Source: Thermodesulfobacteriota bacterium (GTDB taxonomy: Bacteria > Desulfobacterota > Desulfarculia > JACQYL01). Taken from it: a DNA stretch of 64,000 bases. The DNA is taken from assembly GCA_963675595.2 (NCBI GenBank), contig CAXXLZ010000002.1:32001-96000 (forward strand), in the 5' to 3' direction. Shown here in pieces: positions 26,121 through 35,803 of the stretch. Made by a program: the position numbers and the translations under genes. The notes under the pieces are model-generated. The model had not been told where the DNA came from. It worked only from the letters and a program-made list of their open reading frames with translations, and made no database searches. Positions within the stretch are counted from its first letter, which is position 1, and every line of letters begins with the position of its first letter.

Positions 26121-26774
26121 ATGGACAAGCCTTTGGAGCATTATTGGAAACTGCGTTTGGCCGAACTGAAGGAAGAACTGGAAGCCAACAACTTCGAAGT
26201 TCACACGGCGGACTCCGTTTCGGACGCCAAACGGATCGTGCTGGAGAACCTGATTCCAAAAATCAATCCGAAGTCCGTCTCCTGGGGCGGATCCATGACC
26301 TTCACGGCCACGGGGCTTTACGATGCGCTCAAGTCCGACGGCAGGTTCGAAGTGTTGGACGTTTTCGACCGCAATCTGACCCCTCAGGAAAACATCGAAT
26401 TGCGAAGGCGCTCTTTGTTGGTGGATCTCTATATCACTGGGACCAATGCGGTTACGGAGACCGGTAAACTGGTGAATCTGGATATGACGGGCAACCGAGT
26501 GGCGGCCATAACCTTTGGGCCCAAAAACGTTATCATACTCGTGGGTCGTAACAAGATCGTCCCCGACGATGAAGAGGCCTCTTACCGAATTAAGGACTAC
26601 GCCGCGCCCGCCAATGCCATGCGACTGGACAAAAAGACACCGTGCGTTAAGACATCCTATTGCGAGGACTGCAAGAGCCCGGACCGCGTGTGCAATACCT
26701 GGACCATTACGGAAAAATCTTTCCCCAAAGGACGGATCAAAATCGTACTCATCAACGACGTCCTCGGCTTATAA
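26121..26774 (+). CDS. LUD-domain (lactate utilisation, LutC/YkgG-like) protein
   Basis: GGSMT, TGTNAVTETGKLVNLDMTGNRVAA, GRNKIV, TPC...CEDC.SPDRVC. Confidence 0.88.
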   Translation: MDKPLEHYWKLRLAELKEELEANNFEVHTADSVSDAKRIVLENLIPKINPKSVSWGGSMTFTATGLYDALKSDGRFEVLDVFDRNLTPQENIELRRRSLLVDLYITGTNAVTETGKLVNLDMTGNRVAAITFGPKNVIILVGRNKIVPDDEEASYRIKDYAAPANAMRLDKKTPCVKTSYCEDCKSPDRVCNTWTITEKSFPKGRIKIVLINDVLGL

Positions 26775-26930
26775 GGGTGTCGGCCCGGCTGTTCCCGGAG
26801 GTGCCGCAGAATTCGGGCGGCCGACCCGACTCTCCGAAGCCGAACGTTCCAGCCGGGTGAATGAACACGAACGAGCCTCCCCGAAAGGTCGGCAAGGAGG
26901 GTGAAAGGTTTCTCAGCAATTTGGAGCCGG

Positions 26931-26974
26931 AAGAATAATCGGGACCCGGGTGCCTTCCGGCCGCCCGGGTCCCG
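26931..26974 (-). terminator. Hairpin closing the candidate sRNA
   Basis: 11-bp perfect stem CGGGACCCGGG/CCCGGGTCCCG followed by ATTATTCTT on the minus strand. Confidence 0.6.
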
Positions 26975-27098
26975 CGCGTGTGGAGGATGTCTCCGATAGC
27001 GGAGAGCATAGGAGTTGAATCCATCGTACTATTGTTTGGATGCGGCTTCCATCCAAGGGCTTCCACCCGGATGCCCAAACCGTTCCGTCGGTCGACGT
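26931..27098 (-). ncRNA. Candidate sigma54-dependent small RNA, GGA-rich
   Basis: Lies between a consensus sigma54 promoter and a strong hairpin with an A/U-rich tail; no credible ORF with SD; several GGA motifs in short hairpin loops. Ends are inferred. Confidence 0.55.
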
Positions 27099-27109
27099 TT
27101 TCCAAAGAG

Positions 27110-27124
27110 GCAATTAGCGTGCCA
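27110..27124 (-). promoter_or_regulatory. Sigma54 (-24/-12) promoter
   Basis: TGGCACG-CTAA-TTGC, exact consensus spacing. Confidence 0.8.
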
Positions 27125-27149
27125 TCCAGCAGACAATACTTGTTTACCG

Positions 27150-27162
27150 TAACTCGTTGATA
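27150..27162 (-). promoter_or_regulatory. IHF binding site
   Basis: TATCAACGAGTTA equals WATCAANNNNTTR, with AT-rich flank, 25 bp upstream of the -24 box. Confidence 0.7.
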
Positions 27163-27302
27163 ATATAGAATTTTCATGATCGGCTGGATCGTCCGGCACA
27201 TCACAGGACGTGACGGATTCTCTTACAAACTGCAAAGAAAGGCGGCACCCGAGAAATGATCATCCACGTAGGCCGTGTGAGAACACGCGGTCACGGCATG
27301 GT

Positions 27303-27764
27303 TCAGTAGATGCCCGCCTCGCATCCGGCGGCCAGGGTCCCGCCGAGTTCGCGGCATGAGCGCAATGCGGCGGCGTCCACCTCGCCTCTGATGATGACCG
27401 GCTCGCACACTTTCTTGAGGCGGTATCCCTGAACGATTCTCTCAATGGAACGCAAGGCTCCGCTGCCATCGTTACCCGCGCTGATGAACACGACATAGGG
27501 CTTTCTGAAAATCTCCTTCTTCCCCTGGGCGTCGCTGTAGGTCCTATCGAAAAAATCCTTCACCATGCCCGCCATGAATCCGAAATACTCGGGGGAGCCT
27601 ATGGCCAGCCCGTCGCACTCCATCAGGTCTTCAAGCGTCGCCTTCTCCGCCTGTTTGAGCACCACCCGCACGTTCTCCACCAAACCCGCCCCCTCGGCCG
27701 CAGCCCTGGCCAGGGCGGCCGTATGCCCGTGCTGTGAATGATAGATGATCAGGATGCTACACAT
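27303..27764 (-). CDS. Flavodoxin / WrbA-like protein
   Basis: IIYHSQHGHT FMN loop, IGSPEYFGFMAGMVKDFFDR. Confidence 0.9.
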   Translation of the reverse strand: MCSILIIYHSQHGHTAALARAAAEGAGLVENVRVVLKQAEKATLEDLMECDGLAIGSPEYFGFMAGMVKDFFDRTYSDAQGKKEIFRKPYVVFISAGNDGSGALRSIERIVQGYRLKKVCEPVIIRGEVDAAALRSCRELGGTLAAGCEAGIY

Positions 27765-27996
27765 TATGGCCCCCTTTGTTTGCTTGCGACGGTCGGCTTT
27801 TCGAAAGCAGCGGAACGCCGATATGAATCGGTCGGATGTTTGTCATTCAAATCCCCAACCCCCCGAGAAGCCGGTAGGAAGAGTATTTCGTGCACGACCG
27901 ATCCGAAGTCTTGTAAGTTGCGATCCGGCATGCCATATTCACACGCACTCATCCCTTTTTACCGCCCGTTCCGGGTCAGGAAGCTTCACAAGTCCG

Positions 27997-30519
27997 TTGT
28001 TCAAAGTCATACTTCGAATTCTCATCTGTTCGGCCCTGCTCGTGTCCCCCGCTTTGGGTTCGCCCATGGAAGACGGGGGGGAAGGCAACGTCGAGCCTCT
28101 TACGCTCTCACCCGCCGAGGCCCGCTACCGCTTGGGACGTTTTGCGGAGATACTGGAAGACCCGGAAAAGACCTGGAGCATCGACGAGGTCGCCTCTCCT
28201 CCCTTGTCCAACCGTTTCCGCCCCGTGGGCTCCGATGCAGTCAACGCCGGTGTCACCTCTTCCGCCCTTTGGATCCGTTTCACGCTCGTCGAACCGAAAA
28301 GGTCATACCCCTCCCGAGCCAAGTCCGTTCAGTGGATTCTCGACATCGGACGAACGCATTTCTACGAAGAGACTCTCTACGTGCGCGTTCCGGAGCCTCA
28401 AGAGGGATCAAGTCGTTGGACCGTGCTGAAATCGTGTGAATACGCGCCCTGCCGGGAAGGCGTGCGTCCCAGGCAACGCTATTTCGATCTACCGACCGAT
28501 ATGGAACAACCCACGACTTTCTTCCTGCGTGTCGAGGGATATAGTTCCGTCATGATCCCTCTGGAGGTATTGACCGAAAAAGCCTACCTGGAAAAATCCG
28601 GACATTGGATGTTCGCCTATGGTCTTTATTACGGCTTGATGGCGGCCATGATCCTATATAACCTCTCCGTCTTCCTCTATCTCAATGACCGGAACTACCT
28701 GTACTATATCCTTTACCAGGGGTTCGTGGTACTCTACTTTCTGACCCTCAACGATCTCACGGTCGAAAATCTTCTCCAATTCAGCGTGGAAAGCATTTCC
28801 CGGTTCTGTCTGTTCTGCTTGGCGGTCTCGCTGATTTGGGCCGCCCAGTTCTCTCGATCCTTTCTAATAACCAGGCGGAACGCCCCGTTTTGGGATCGAC
28901 TGCTGCTCGGCTTCATGGCCTTTGCAGGGCTCGTCGCCGTGCTCACTCCGTTCCATTCATACAAAGCTCTGCTGGACTACCTTAGCTTCATGGGCGGCAT
29001 CGCTCCATTCCTCACCATCGGAGCCGGCCGGAGGGCCTGGAAAAACGGGTTCCGCCCCGCCAGGTTCTTCTTGCTCGGCTGGGTGATGCTCTCCTTGGGG
29101 GCCGTGTTCTTCGTATTGAGCTTCAGAAATCTGCTGCCGTATACGCGTCTGGGGTTTCATTCCTTTCAAGTCGGGTCGGCACTGGAGGCTCTGTTGCTTT
29201 CCCTGGCCCTCGGCGATCGAGTGCGCACGTTGAGGTCCGCCAAAGAGAAGCTAGAACAAAGCACGGAGCGTTTGCGAACCATTATGGACTCGATACCAAG
29301 CGGCATATTCATTGTGGATATCGCCACGCATCGGATCGCGGAGGCCAATCTCGCCGCCGCAGAAATGGTGGGCTTGCCCAGGGACGATTTGTTGGGAACC
29401 GTTTGTACGGAGTTTCTGGGTCGGGCTGAGAGAGGGAAAAGTCCCGTCACCGACCTTCAGCTGACCTGCGACCAGTCCGAAAGAGAATTGGTCAATTCCC
29501 ATGGGGAGCGAATTCCCATTCTCAGGAACGCCGCAATCATTGAAGTCGAAGGCCGAAAAATGATCATCGAGAGCTTTGTGGACATTTCGGATAGAAAGAC
29601 CGCGGAGCTCAACCTCGAGCAGCATCTCAATCTGACCCAGGCCGCTTTGGACTCCACAGTGAACGCTTTGATCGTGCTGGACAAGCGTCAAAACGTCATT
29701 GCGATCAACCGGCGTTTTTTCGATATATGGGGTTTGCCCGACTCCTGGCCGACCATGCCCGACCCGGGCAAGCGGATCGAGCTTCTTTCGGTCCAGGTAA
29801 AACATCCTGAACGGTTCCTCCAAAGTGCCAACGAGCTTTTTGTTGATCTCGAACGCGAAGAGTGCGGCTGGATTGAGATGAATGACGGGCGTATGATTGA
29901 GTATTACGCACTTCCCTATCGTATGGCGAACCGGACCATCGGCAGGCTCTTCACCTATCTTGACATCACCGAACGAAAGAAGATGGAGACGGAGCTCAGG
30001 CGACTCGCCGTCACCGATTCTCTAACGGGGATTTTTAATCGTCGCCATTTCATGACCTTGGCTCACCGTGAATTTCTCAGATCACGCAGGTATCGATCAC
30101 GCTTTTCCATTCTTCTCCTCGACATCGACCACTTCAAGAACATCAACGATACCTATGGGCATTCCGCCGGTGACGAGCTTCTCAGACGAATGGCTCAGGA
30201 AGTACGTAACACGCTTCGCGGAGCCGATATTTTTGGAAGACTGGGAGGTGAGGAATTCGCGATCATACTTCCTGAAACCAACAGCGGCCGGGCCATGGAA
30301 GCGGCCGAAAGACTTCGCGCCCTCCTATCCCAAGTGAGAATAGATGCGGTATCGGGACCGGTAGGAGCAACGGTAAGCATCGGCGTGGCAAGCAACAGGG
30401 ACGAGGACGATTCCCTTGAAAGCATTTTGAGGCGAGCGGATCAGGCCATGTACCAGGCCAAAGCCTCCGGCCGAGATCGAGTGGAGTCCGCCGATCCCGT
30501 CGATTCCATGTCGAGCTGA
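27997..30519 (+). CDS. Diguanylate cyclase: 7TM-DISMED2 / 7TM-DISM / 2xPAS / GGDEF
   Basis: ALWIRF, YYGLMAAMILYNL, ARFFLLGW, ALLLSLALGDR, two PAS-like segments, DIDHFK.IND.YGH, RGAD I-site, GGEEF; start uncertain (TTG 27997 precedes a signal peptide, ORF open from 27745). Confidence 0.92.
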   Translation: MFKVILRILICSALLVSPALGSPMEDGGEGNVEPLTLSPAEARYRLGRFAEILEDPEKTWSIDEVASPPLSNRFRPVGSDAVNAGVTSSALWIRFTLVEPKRSYPSRAKSVQWILDIGRTHFYEETLYVRVPEPQEGSSRWTVLKSCEYAPCREGVRPRQRYFDLPTDMEQPTTFFLRVEGYSSVMIPLEVLTEKAYLEKSGHWMFAYGLYYGLMAAMILYNLSVFLYLNDRNYLYYILYQGFVVLYFLTLNDLTVENLLQFSVESISRFCLFCLAVSLIWAAQFSRSFLITRRNAPFWDRLLLGFMAFAGLVAVLTPFHSYKALLDYLSFMGGIAPFLTIGAGRRAWKNGFRPARFFLLGWVMLSLGAVFFVLSFRNLLPYTRLGFHSFQVGSALEALLLSLALGDRVRTLRSAKEKLEQSTERLRTIMDSIPSGIFIVDIATHRIAEANLAAAEMVGLPRDDLLGTVCTEFLGRAERGKSPVTDLQLTCDQSERELVNSHGERIPILRNAAIIEVEGRKMIIESFVDISDRKTAELNLEQHLNLTQAALDSTVNALIVLDKRQNVIAINRRFFDIWGLPDSWPTMPDPGKRIELLSVQVKHPERFLQSANELFVDLEREECGWIEMNDGRMIEYYALPYRMANRTIGRLFTYLDITERKKMETELRRLAVTDSLTGIFNRRHFMTLAHREFLRSRRYRSRFSILLLDIDHFKNINDTYGHSAGDELLRRMAQEVRNTLRGADIFGRLGGEEFAIILPETNSGRAMEAAERLRALLSQVRIDAVSGPVGATVSIGVASNRDEDDSLESILRRADQAMYQAKASGRDRVESADPVDSMSS

Positions 30520-30871
30520 GGGAATACCGGTTCATCGTCAAGTTCTGAGAAACGTATTGATGCCTTTCCCCGTATCGGCTCCCGCAGGCACAGTTTGCGT
30601 GCTCCCGACTATTTACGGGCTTTTTCGCGCCCCGCCCGCTTCCACCTCGTTCCCATCCACCATCGGCGAGGTGAGCCTCCGCGGACGGCCCGCCGCATTC
30701 CGTCTCACTGGAAAGCAATCAAACAACCTGGTGAATCGTCGGACGTCGCAGCCACGGAACGAGAGTCATTTGCCGGCCGCCGTTTTATCCGTTAGACTAT
30801 CTATAGAGTAAGAGGAACCGGTTACTGTAGCCGCCGGCATGTCGCTCACTATTCCACGGAAAGGACACCTC

Positions 30872-31291
30872 ATGAAGAGCTATCGCAAAGAGCTGTGGTT
30901 TGACGTACCCACCCGAACGGCCTTCGTACATATCACTCGCACTGTGGAGGAGTGCGTCCGGGAAAGCGGCATCAGAGAAGGTTTGGTACTGGTGAACGCC
31001 ATGCACATTACGTCATCCGTGTTCATCAACGACAACGAATCCGGACTTCACAAAGACTACGAGCATTGGTTGGAAAAGCTGGCGCCGCACGAGCCCATCT
31101 CCAACTATCAGCACAACCTCACCGGGGAAGATAACGGAGACGCCCACCTGAAACGGCAGATTATGGGACGTGAAGTGGTGGTGGCCCTCACCGAAGGCGA
31201 ACTCGACTTGGGCACTTGGGAACGCATCTTTTACGGCGAGTTCGACGGGCTCAGAAAGAAAAGAGTTCTGGTCAAAATCATAGGAGAATAG
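30872..31291 (+). CDS. yjbQ: YjbQ/UPF0047 family protein
   Basis: [29 protein letters not shown]. Confidence 0.93.
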   Translation: MKSYRKELWFDVPTRTAFVHITRTVEECVRESGIREGLVLVNAMHITSSVFINDNESGLHKDYEHWLEKLAPHEPISNYQHNLTGEDNGDAHLKRQIMGREVVVALTEGELDLGTWERIFYGEFDGLRKKRVLVKIIGE

Positions 31292-31372
31292 CTCCGACGC
31301 ACCCCGGGCCGTTCACTGAAATGCCGGGTTATGCGATCCTTTCGCGAATCCTCAAATCATGGGAGAACATTT

Positions 31373-32137
31373 ATGCTGGTAGTGGAGGACCTTCAGGTCC
31401 AACTTGGAGAAACGGTTATTCTCCAACACATTGATCTCGAAATCAGGCCCGGCGAGACCCACATCCTTTTCGGTCCCAATGGATCGGGAAAGACTTCGCT
31501 CCTGATGACCATCATGGGATATCCGCAATACAAGGTCACCGGAGGGAAGATATTCTTCAAAGGCGTCGACATCACGCACGCACCCATCTACGAACGGGCC
31601 CGAATGGGCATCGGCATGTCCTATCAGCGCCCCCCTACGATCCACGGGCTGAAAACCAGACAGATGGTCAACCTGTGTGCCGGAACCACTTCCGATGTTG
31701 ATTCTCTTGCGGAACGGGTCAACTTTGAAAACTTCCTCGACCGCGACGTTAACGCCGGGTTTTCCGGCGGAGAGATCAAACGCTCCGAACTCCTGCAATT
31801 GCTGGCACAGAATCCGGACCTCATGCTTTTTGACGAACCGGAGTCCGGAGTGGACATGGAGAACATCGCTCTGGTGGGTCAGACCATTGCCGAACTTCTT
31901 CAGAAGAGTCTGAATCCGAGCCCGGATAAATCCATAGCGCAAATGAAAAACGACCGGACCAAAATGGGACTGATCATCACGCATACCGGATACATTCTGG
32001 ACTACGTGGCCGCTGATATGGGGCAAGTGCTCTACCACGGGGTCTTGAGCTGTTCCAACAACCCCACCGAGATATTGGACTGCATTAGTGAATTCGGCTA
32101 CGAGGAGTGTGTGCGATGTACGATAAAGAATCATTGA
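31373..32137 (+). CDS. sufC: SufC-like ABC ATPase (SmsC type)
   Basis: GPNGSGKT, VNAGFSGGEIKRSE, FDEPESGVD, IITH, C-terminal EECVRC. Confidence 0.9.
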   Translation: MLVVEDLQVQLGETVILQHIDLEIRPGETHILFGPNGSGKTSLLMTIMGYPQYKVTGGKIFFKGVDITHAPIYERARMGIGMSYQRPPTIHGLKTRQMVNLCAGTTSDVDSLAERVNFENFLDRDVNAGFSGGEIKRSELLQLLAQNPDLMLFDEPESGVDMENIALVGQTIAELLQKSLNPSPDKSIAQMKNDRTKMGLIITHTGYILDYVAADMGQVLYHGVLSCSNNPTEILDCISEFGYEECVRCTIKNH

Positions 32138-33342
32138 GAAAACGTGCGGAACAGGCGGCCGAGAAGAAGGCGTCTCTCGGCACGGACATCGAGCTGTCCC
32201 AGTACGACGCCTCCGCCGTTGCGCACGAATATCTGTCCGATCAGGCGCTGCTGGAATTACCCGATGAGGAGAGGTCCAGGTTGCTGATGGCCGGTTTGGA
32301 CCTCTCCGAGAAGGAACGAGGAGGCACCTTCTTCCAAAAGGACACAACGGTCGTCCACTGCAAGACACGGCAGGAAGGGATACAGGTGTTGCCCGTCAAG
32401 AAGGCGCTGGAGACGGAGGAATGGCTTGAGGAGTATTTCTGGAAACTCGTCGCAGTGGACGCGGATAAATACACCGCGGCCGCCGAGTTGGACCTCCACG
32501 ACGGATACGTGATTCGAGCCTTGCCCGGCGCCAAAAGCGTTTACCCCGTGCAGGCCTGTCTTTACATGGACAAGGACGCTCATCAGCAAAATGTCCACAA
32601 TATCATCGTGGCCGAAGAGGATTCGGAACTTCATATCATCACCGGATGCTCCACCTCTTCTCATGTGAAGAGCGGTTTGCATGTGGGCGTTTCCGAATTC
32701 TTCGTCAAAAAGAACGCGAAGTTGAGTTTCACCATGATCCACAATTGGGCGGAAAACATGATGATACGCCCCAGATCCGTGGCCCGCGTCGAGGAAGGAG
32801 GTCTATTCCTCAACAACTACATCTGCATGAAACCCGTCAGCTCTCTGCAGATGTATCCCACGACTTATCTCGAGGGAGAGGGAGCCGTAGCCAGATTCTA
32901 CAGCATTATCGTAGGCAGTCCCGGCTCCGAGTTCGACATCGGAGGCCGCACTTACCTGAAAAAGCCGAAGACGCGTTCGGAAATCGTGGCCCGAACCATC
33001 AGCAACGGAGGCAAAATCATCGCCCGCGGACACCTCATCGGCGAAGCGGCTGAAATAAAGGCTCATCTGGAATGTAAGGGGCTGATTCTCAAAGGGGGAA
33101 CGATCCACGCGATTCCTGAACTCGAGGGGCACGTCGACGGAGTCGAAATGTCCCATGAGGCCGCAGTGGGCAAAATCGCTCAAGAAGAAATCCATTACCT
33201 CATGTCGAGAGGTTTAGACGAGGAAGAAGCGACTTCGACCATTGTCCGCGGATTCTTGAGTGTGGATATCCAGGGCCTTCCACCTCAACTGCAGGCGGAA
33301 ATCGACAAGACCATCGAGGAAAGCAACAAGAATATGATGTAA
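32116..33342 (+). CDS. sufB: SufB/SufD-family Fe-S scaffold (SmsB type)
   Basis: HNIIVAEE, IITGC, AHLECKGL, AIPELE, SHEAAVGKI, YLMSRGL. Confidence 0.9.
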   Translation: MYDKESLRKRAEQAAEKKASLGTDIELSQYDASAVAHEYLSDQALLELPDEERSRLLMAGLDLSEKERGGTFFQKDTTVVHCKTRQEGIQVLPVKKALETEEWLEEYFWKLVAVDADKYTAAAELDLHDGYVIRALPGAKSVYPVQACLYMDKDAHQQNVHNIIVAEEDSELHIITGCSTSSHVKSGLHVGVSEFFVKKNAKLSFTMIHNWAENMMIRPRSVARVEEGGLFLNNYICMKPVSSLQMYPTTYLEGEGAVARFYSIIVGSPGSEFDIGGRTYLKKPKTRSEIVARTISNGGKIIARGHLIGEAAEIKAHLECKGLILKGGTIHAIPELEGHVDGVEMSHEAAVGKIAQEEIHYLMSRGLDEEEATSTIVRGFLSVDIQGLPPQLQAEIDKTIEESNKNMM

Positions 33343-33365
33343 CTCTCGAGAAAACGACCGCCAAG

Positions 33366-33393
33366 GAGAGCCGCTCCCTTGTGAGCGGTTCTT
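33366..33393. terminator. Hairpin between convergent genes
   Basis: GAGAGCCGCTC-CCTTGT-GAGCGGTTCTT. Confidence 0.55.
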
Positions 33394-33446
33394 CGTTGGG
33401 CAAAAGGGCGTCGTGACGGGAGAGAGCTCGAACACACGGCTTCAAC

Positions 33447-35132
33447 TCACACCGCGCTGCTTGCGTGGGACGACCGGAAATATTTCCATTCCAGCTTGTT
33501 TCTCTTTTTCATCACTTCGTCGTAGAGGTTCAGCACCTCGTTTTCGTATTTCGAGAAAGTCCTTTTCTTTCCTCTGCGGTATCGCTTGTTGAAGTAGCTG
33601 CTGTCCAGGACGCGGTCGCAGAGGAACATGACCTTCTCAAAAACCTCCTCGTCAAAACGCACCAGTTCCCGCTCCCTGGACAGAAACTCCGAAAGCAAAG
33701 ACAGCCTCTCCCTATAGGAGAGGGGTCTGGCGGACGCGTCTTTTGCTTCCAGGGCGTTTCTGAGGTTGAGCACCTCATACTCCTGCCTCAGGACCTCCAC
33801 CAGCTTCCTCACCGAACCCAGAAGCTCCGGGTATTTGAGTAGTTCAGGGATCGCTTCCGGATTGTCCAGATAGCTGGAGATGGTCTGATTAATCCTTCGA
33901 AACGTCCTCGACGAATACCCTAAGATAGCCCTGCGATGCTTCGAAAGCCAAGCAAACAAGAACTTCAGACGGCTTAAGTGGTCTTCCGTGCCATAGACGA
34001 CTTCCTGGCCCCTATACAGAATCTGTCCCTGATGCTCTCCGCGCACAATGTCGTTTAGTCGGACCACGTACCTGCGCGTGGTTCTCAAAAGATCCAGGTT
34101 CGTGAAGCGTTCCCCGGTCACGGGGTGAATGGCTTCCTGCTCCACGACCGAAAGCGCCCGGTCCTCGACGATGTTGTCGGGATTGTATTCATGCTGGATG
34201 TACGTGACCTTGAAGATGATCACCTTCCGCCGAGAATCCAGGAAGAAACCGCCGTCTTCCAGTGCCTGTGCTTCCGCCTTCGAATCAGTATCAACGGAGA
34301 CGAGAGCAAATTTCTCGATCAGGGGCCATCGTCCTTTACCTCTCGATGAAAGGAAGGTGATGACCCGGTCCGAGTTCCCCAAGACGGAAATGAAGAAGTT
34401 TTCGTTCATCTCGGCCAAGCGCAAGGCGAACATGGCGGCCGATGTTCGACGCTCGGACGCGATGGGAAAGCCGAACAGCTCCATGAGATAGCGATAGACG
34501 AACAGCCGGTTTCTTTCGTAAAGCTTGTCGTCGCCGCTTCTGAACTTCCTGATTCTCAGGCCGAACCGCTTGAGTTCCCAGTCCAAATCCGATGGAAAAG
34601 AGGCATAGATGCCGAGCAGCCTGTAGGACCCGTCCGCAGCCTGAGCGATCACGTGACCTCGATCCATTCGGCAGACGAAGGACAAAGTACGCGTATAATT
34701 CTTGAGCGAAGTAATATCGGCGGATCCCAGCTCGGAGATCAGGGTTTCGTGATCGCGCCTTGGAAGTCTGGCCAGAAACAAATCGATGTTGCGATGCATG
34801 ATCGATTCGGAGGATGCGTGAGACGTGGGAATGTGGAAAAAGTCGAACTGAAACGGCTCGTTTTGATAGACCAGTGTTCTGTCGAAAGCGAGTGTGGAGA
34901 AACCCGGCAAGTCTCTGTATTCCGTCAGTGAAGAATCGAACGGCGGCTGGAGCTCTCTGACCTCGGGTACGGGATAGTTGTCGGAATAAGGTTCTAGGAG
35001 GCCGACTTTGACCTGGGCGTGCTTTATGAATGATTTGAGAGTGAAGAGGTCTTTGATGCCTTCGCCGTCCCAAGAGGGACTGAATGGCAAGACTCCGCCT
35101 ATCTCCGCTTGGTGGAAATAATCGCCGGACAC
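33447..35132 (-). CDS. Large hypothetical protein (561 aa)
   Basis: Long open frame with globular composition; no recognised motif; GTG start uncertain. Confidence 0.8.
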   Translation of the reverse strand: MSGDYFHQAEIGGVLPFSPSWDGEGIKDLFTLKSFIKHAQVKVGLLEPYSDNYPVPEVRELQPPFDSSLTEYRDLPGFSTLAFDRTLVYQNEPFQFDFFHIPTSHASSESIMHRNIDLFLARLPRRDHETLISELGSADITSLKNYTRTLSFVCRMDRGHVIAQAADGSYRLLGIYASFPSDLDWELKRFGLRIRKFRSGDDKLYERNRLFVYRYLMELFGFPIASERRTSAAMFALRLAEMNENFFISVLGNSDRVITFLSSRGKGRWPLIEKFALVSVDTDSKAEAQALEDGGFFLDSRRKVIIFKVTYIQHEYNPDNIVEDRALSVVEQEAIHPVTGERFTNLDLLRTTRRYVVRLNDIVRGEHQGQILYRGQEVVYGTEDHLSRLKFLFAWLSKHRRAILGYSSRTFRRINQTISSYLDNPEAIPELLKYPELLGSVRKLVEVLRQEYEVLNLRNALEAKDASARPLSYRERLSLLSEFLSRERELVRFDEEVFEKVMFLCDRVLDSSYFNKRYRRGKKRTFSKYENEVLNLYDEVMKKRNKLEWKYFRSSHASSAV

Positions 35133-35232
35133 GAAACCAGAACCCCTGTGCGGAAACGCGTACCGTTCAACGGGCGACGAGGAGCTTCCGACCTCTCGTG
35201 CTCGCTCGGGATATCGGCGAAATTAGGGGAAA

Positions 35233-35763
35233 TCACAGGAGCTTGACTCGGTTGATCCAGATCTCCCTCACCACCGAAGACCCAATTTTCAGGTTGACGT
35301 TCCTGACCACCGTATTAAATCGCGAATAATGATCGGAAACCGCCCCTCCGCCGTGGAGCAAATGACCGTAGATCTCATGTCGGAGTTCGGGGAGGTGAGA
35401 AAGCACCAAGTCGCCGCGTTCCGAATCCACGGTCAAATCAACCGAAATGATTCTGTACGCCTTGCCTTCCGATCCCGCGGGAATGATGAAGGGTTTGAGT
35501 GATAGAACCCTTCGGTTGAACAATGCCGCCACTGCCGGCTTCCGGTAGATAAACGGCCCGATGCCGTTTCCCAGCCAATGGGCGTAACCCACGGCTATCG
35601 CCGACAATAGAAATAAGACAAGAAGCACATAAACGACGCCGGCCTTTCCAAACACCCGAAAGCGCTTCTCCCCGAATTCGCGACGTTCCTCGTTTCCGAC
35701 GGTACCCACCGAAAATTCTTGTGGAACAAAGCCCTTACGAACGGGCACGACATTCAAGGCCAT
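35233..35763 (-). CDS. FliL-like membrane protein (second, divergent copy)
   Basis: Single TM, LSLKPFII, ISVDLTV, PELRHEI, VREIWI follow the FliL pattern; at the end of the flagellar cluster. Confidence 0.6.
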   Translation of the reverse strand: MALNVVPVRKGFVPQEFSVGTVGNEERREFGEKRFRVFGKAGVVYVLLVLFLLSAIAVGYAHWLGNGIGPFIYRKPAVAALFNRRVLSLKPFIIPAGSEGKAYRIISVDLTVDSERGDLVLSHLPELRHEIYGHLLHGGGAVSDHYSRFNTVVRNVNLKIGSSVVREIWINRVKLL

Positions 35764-35803
35764 GGTGCTTCTCCAGAAGCCGAGGGAACGGAGTTTCCGT
35801 TTC

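Noticed and set aside
26780-26910. GNRA-capped hairpins considered as a c-di-GMP riboswitch
   Set aside because: Lacks the GEMM P1/P2 consensus and has no downstream gene on that strand
26752-27204. 150-aa minus-strand ORF across the candidate sRNA
   Set aside because: Starts upstream of the sigma54 promoter, runs through the IHF site and terminator, and has no SD or recognisable domain
27194-27208. CGGCACATCAC.GGA shared with the motA upstream region (about 49718-49732, reverse)
   Set aside because: A match of this length is expected by chance and has no dyad symmetry
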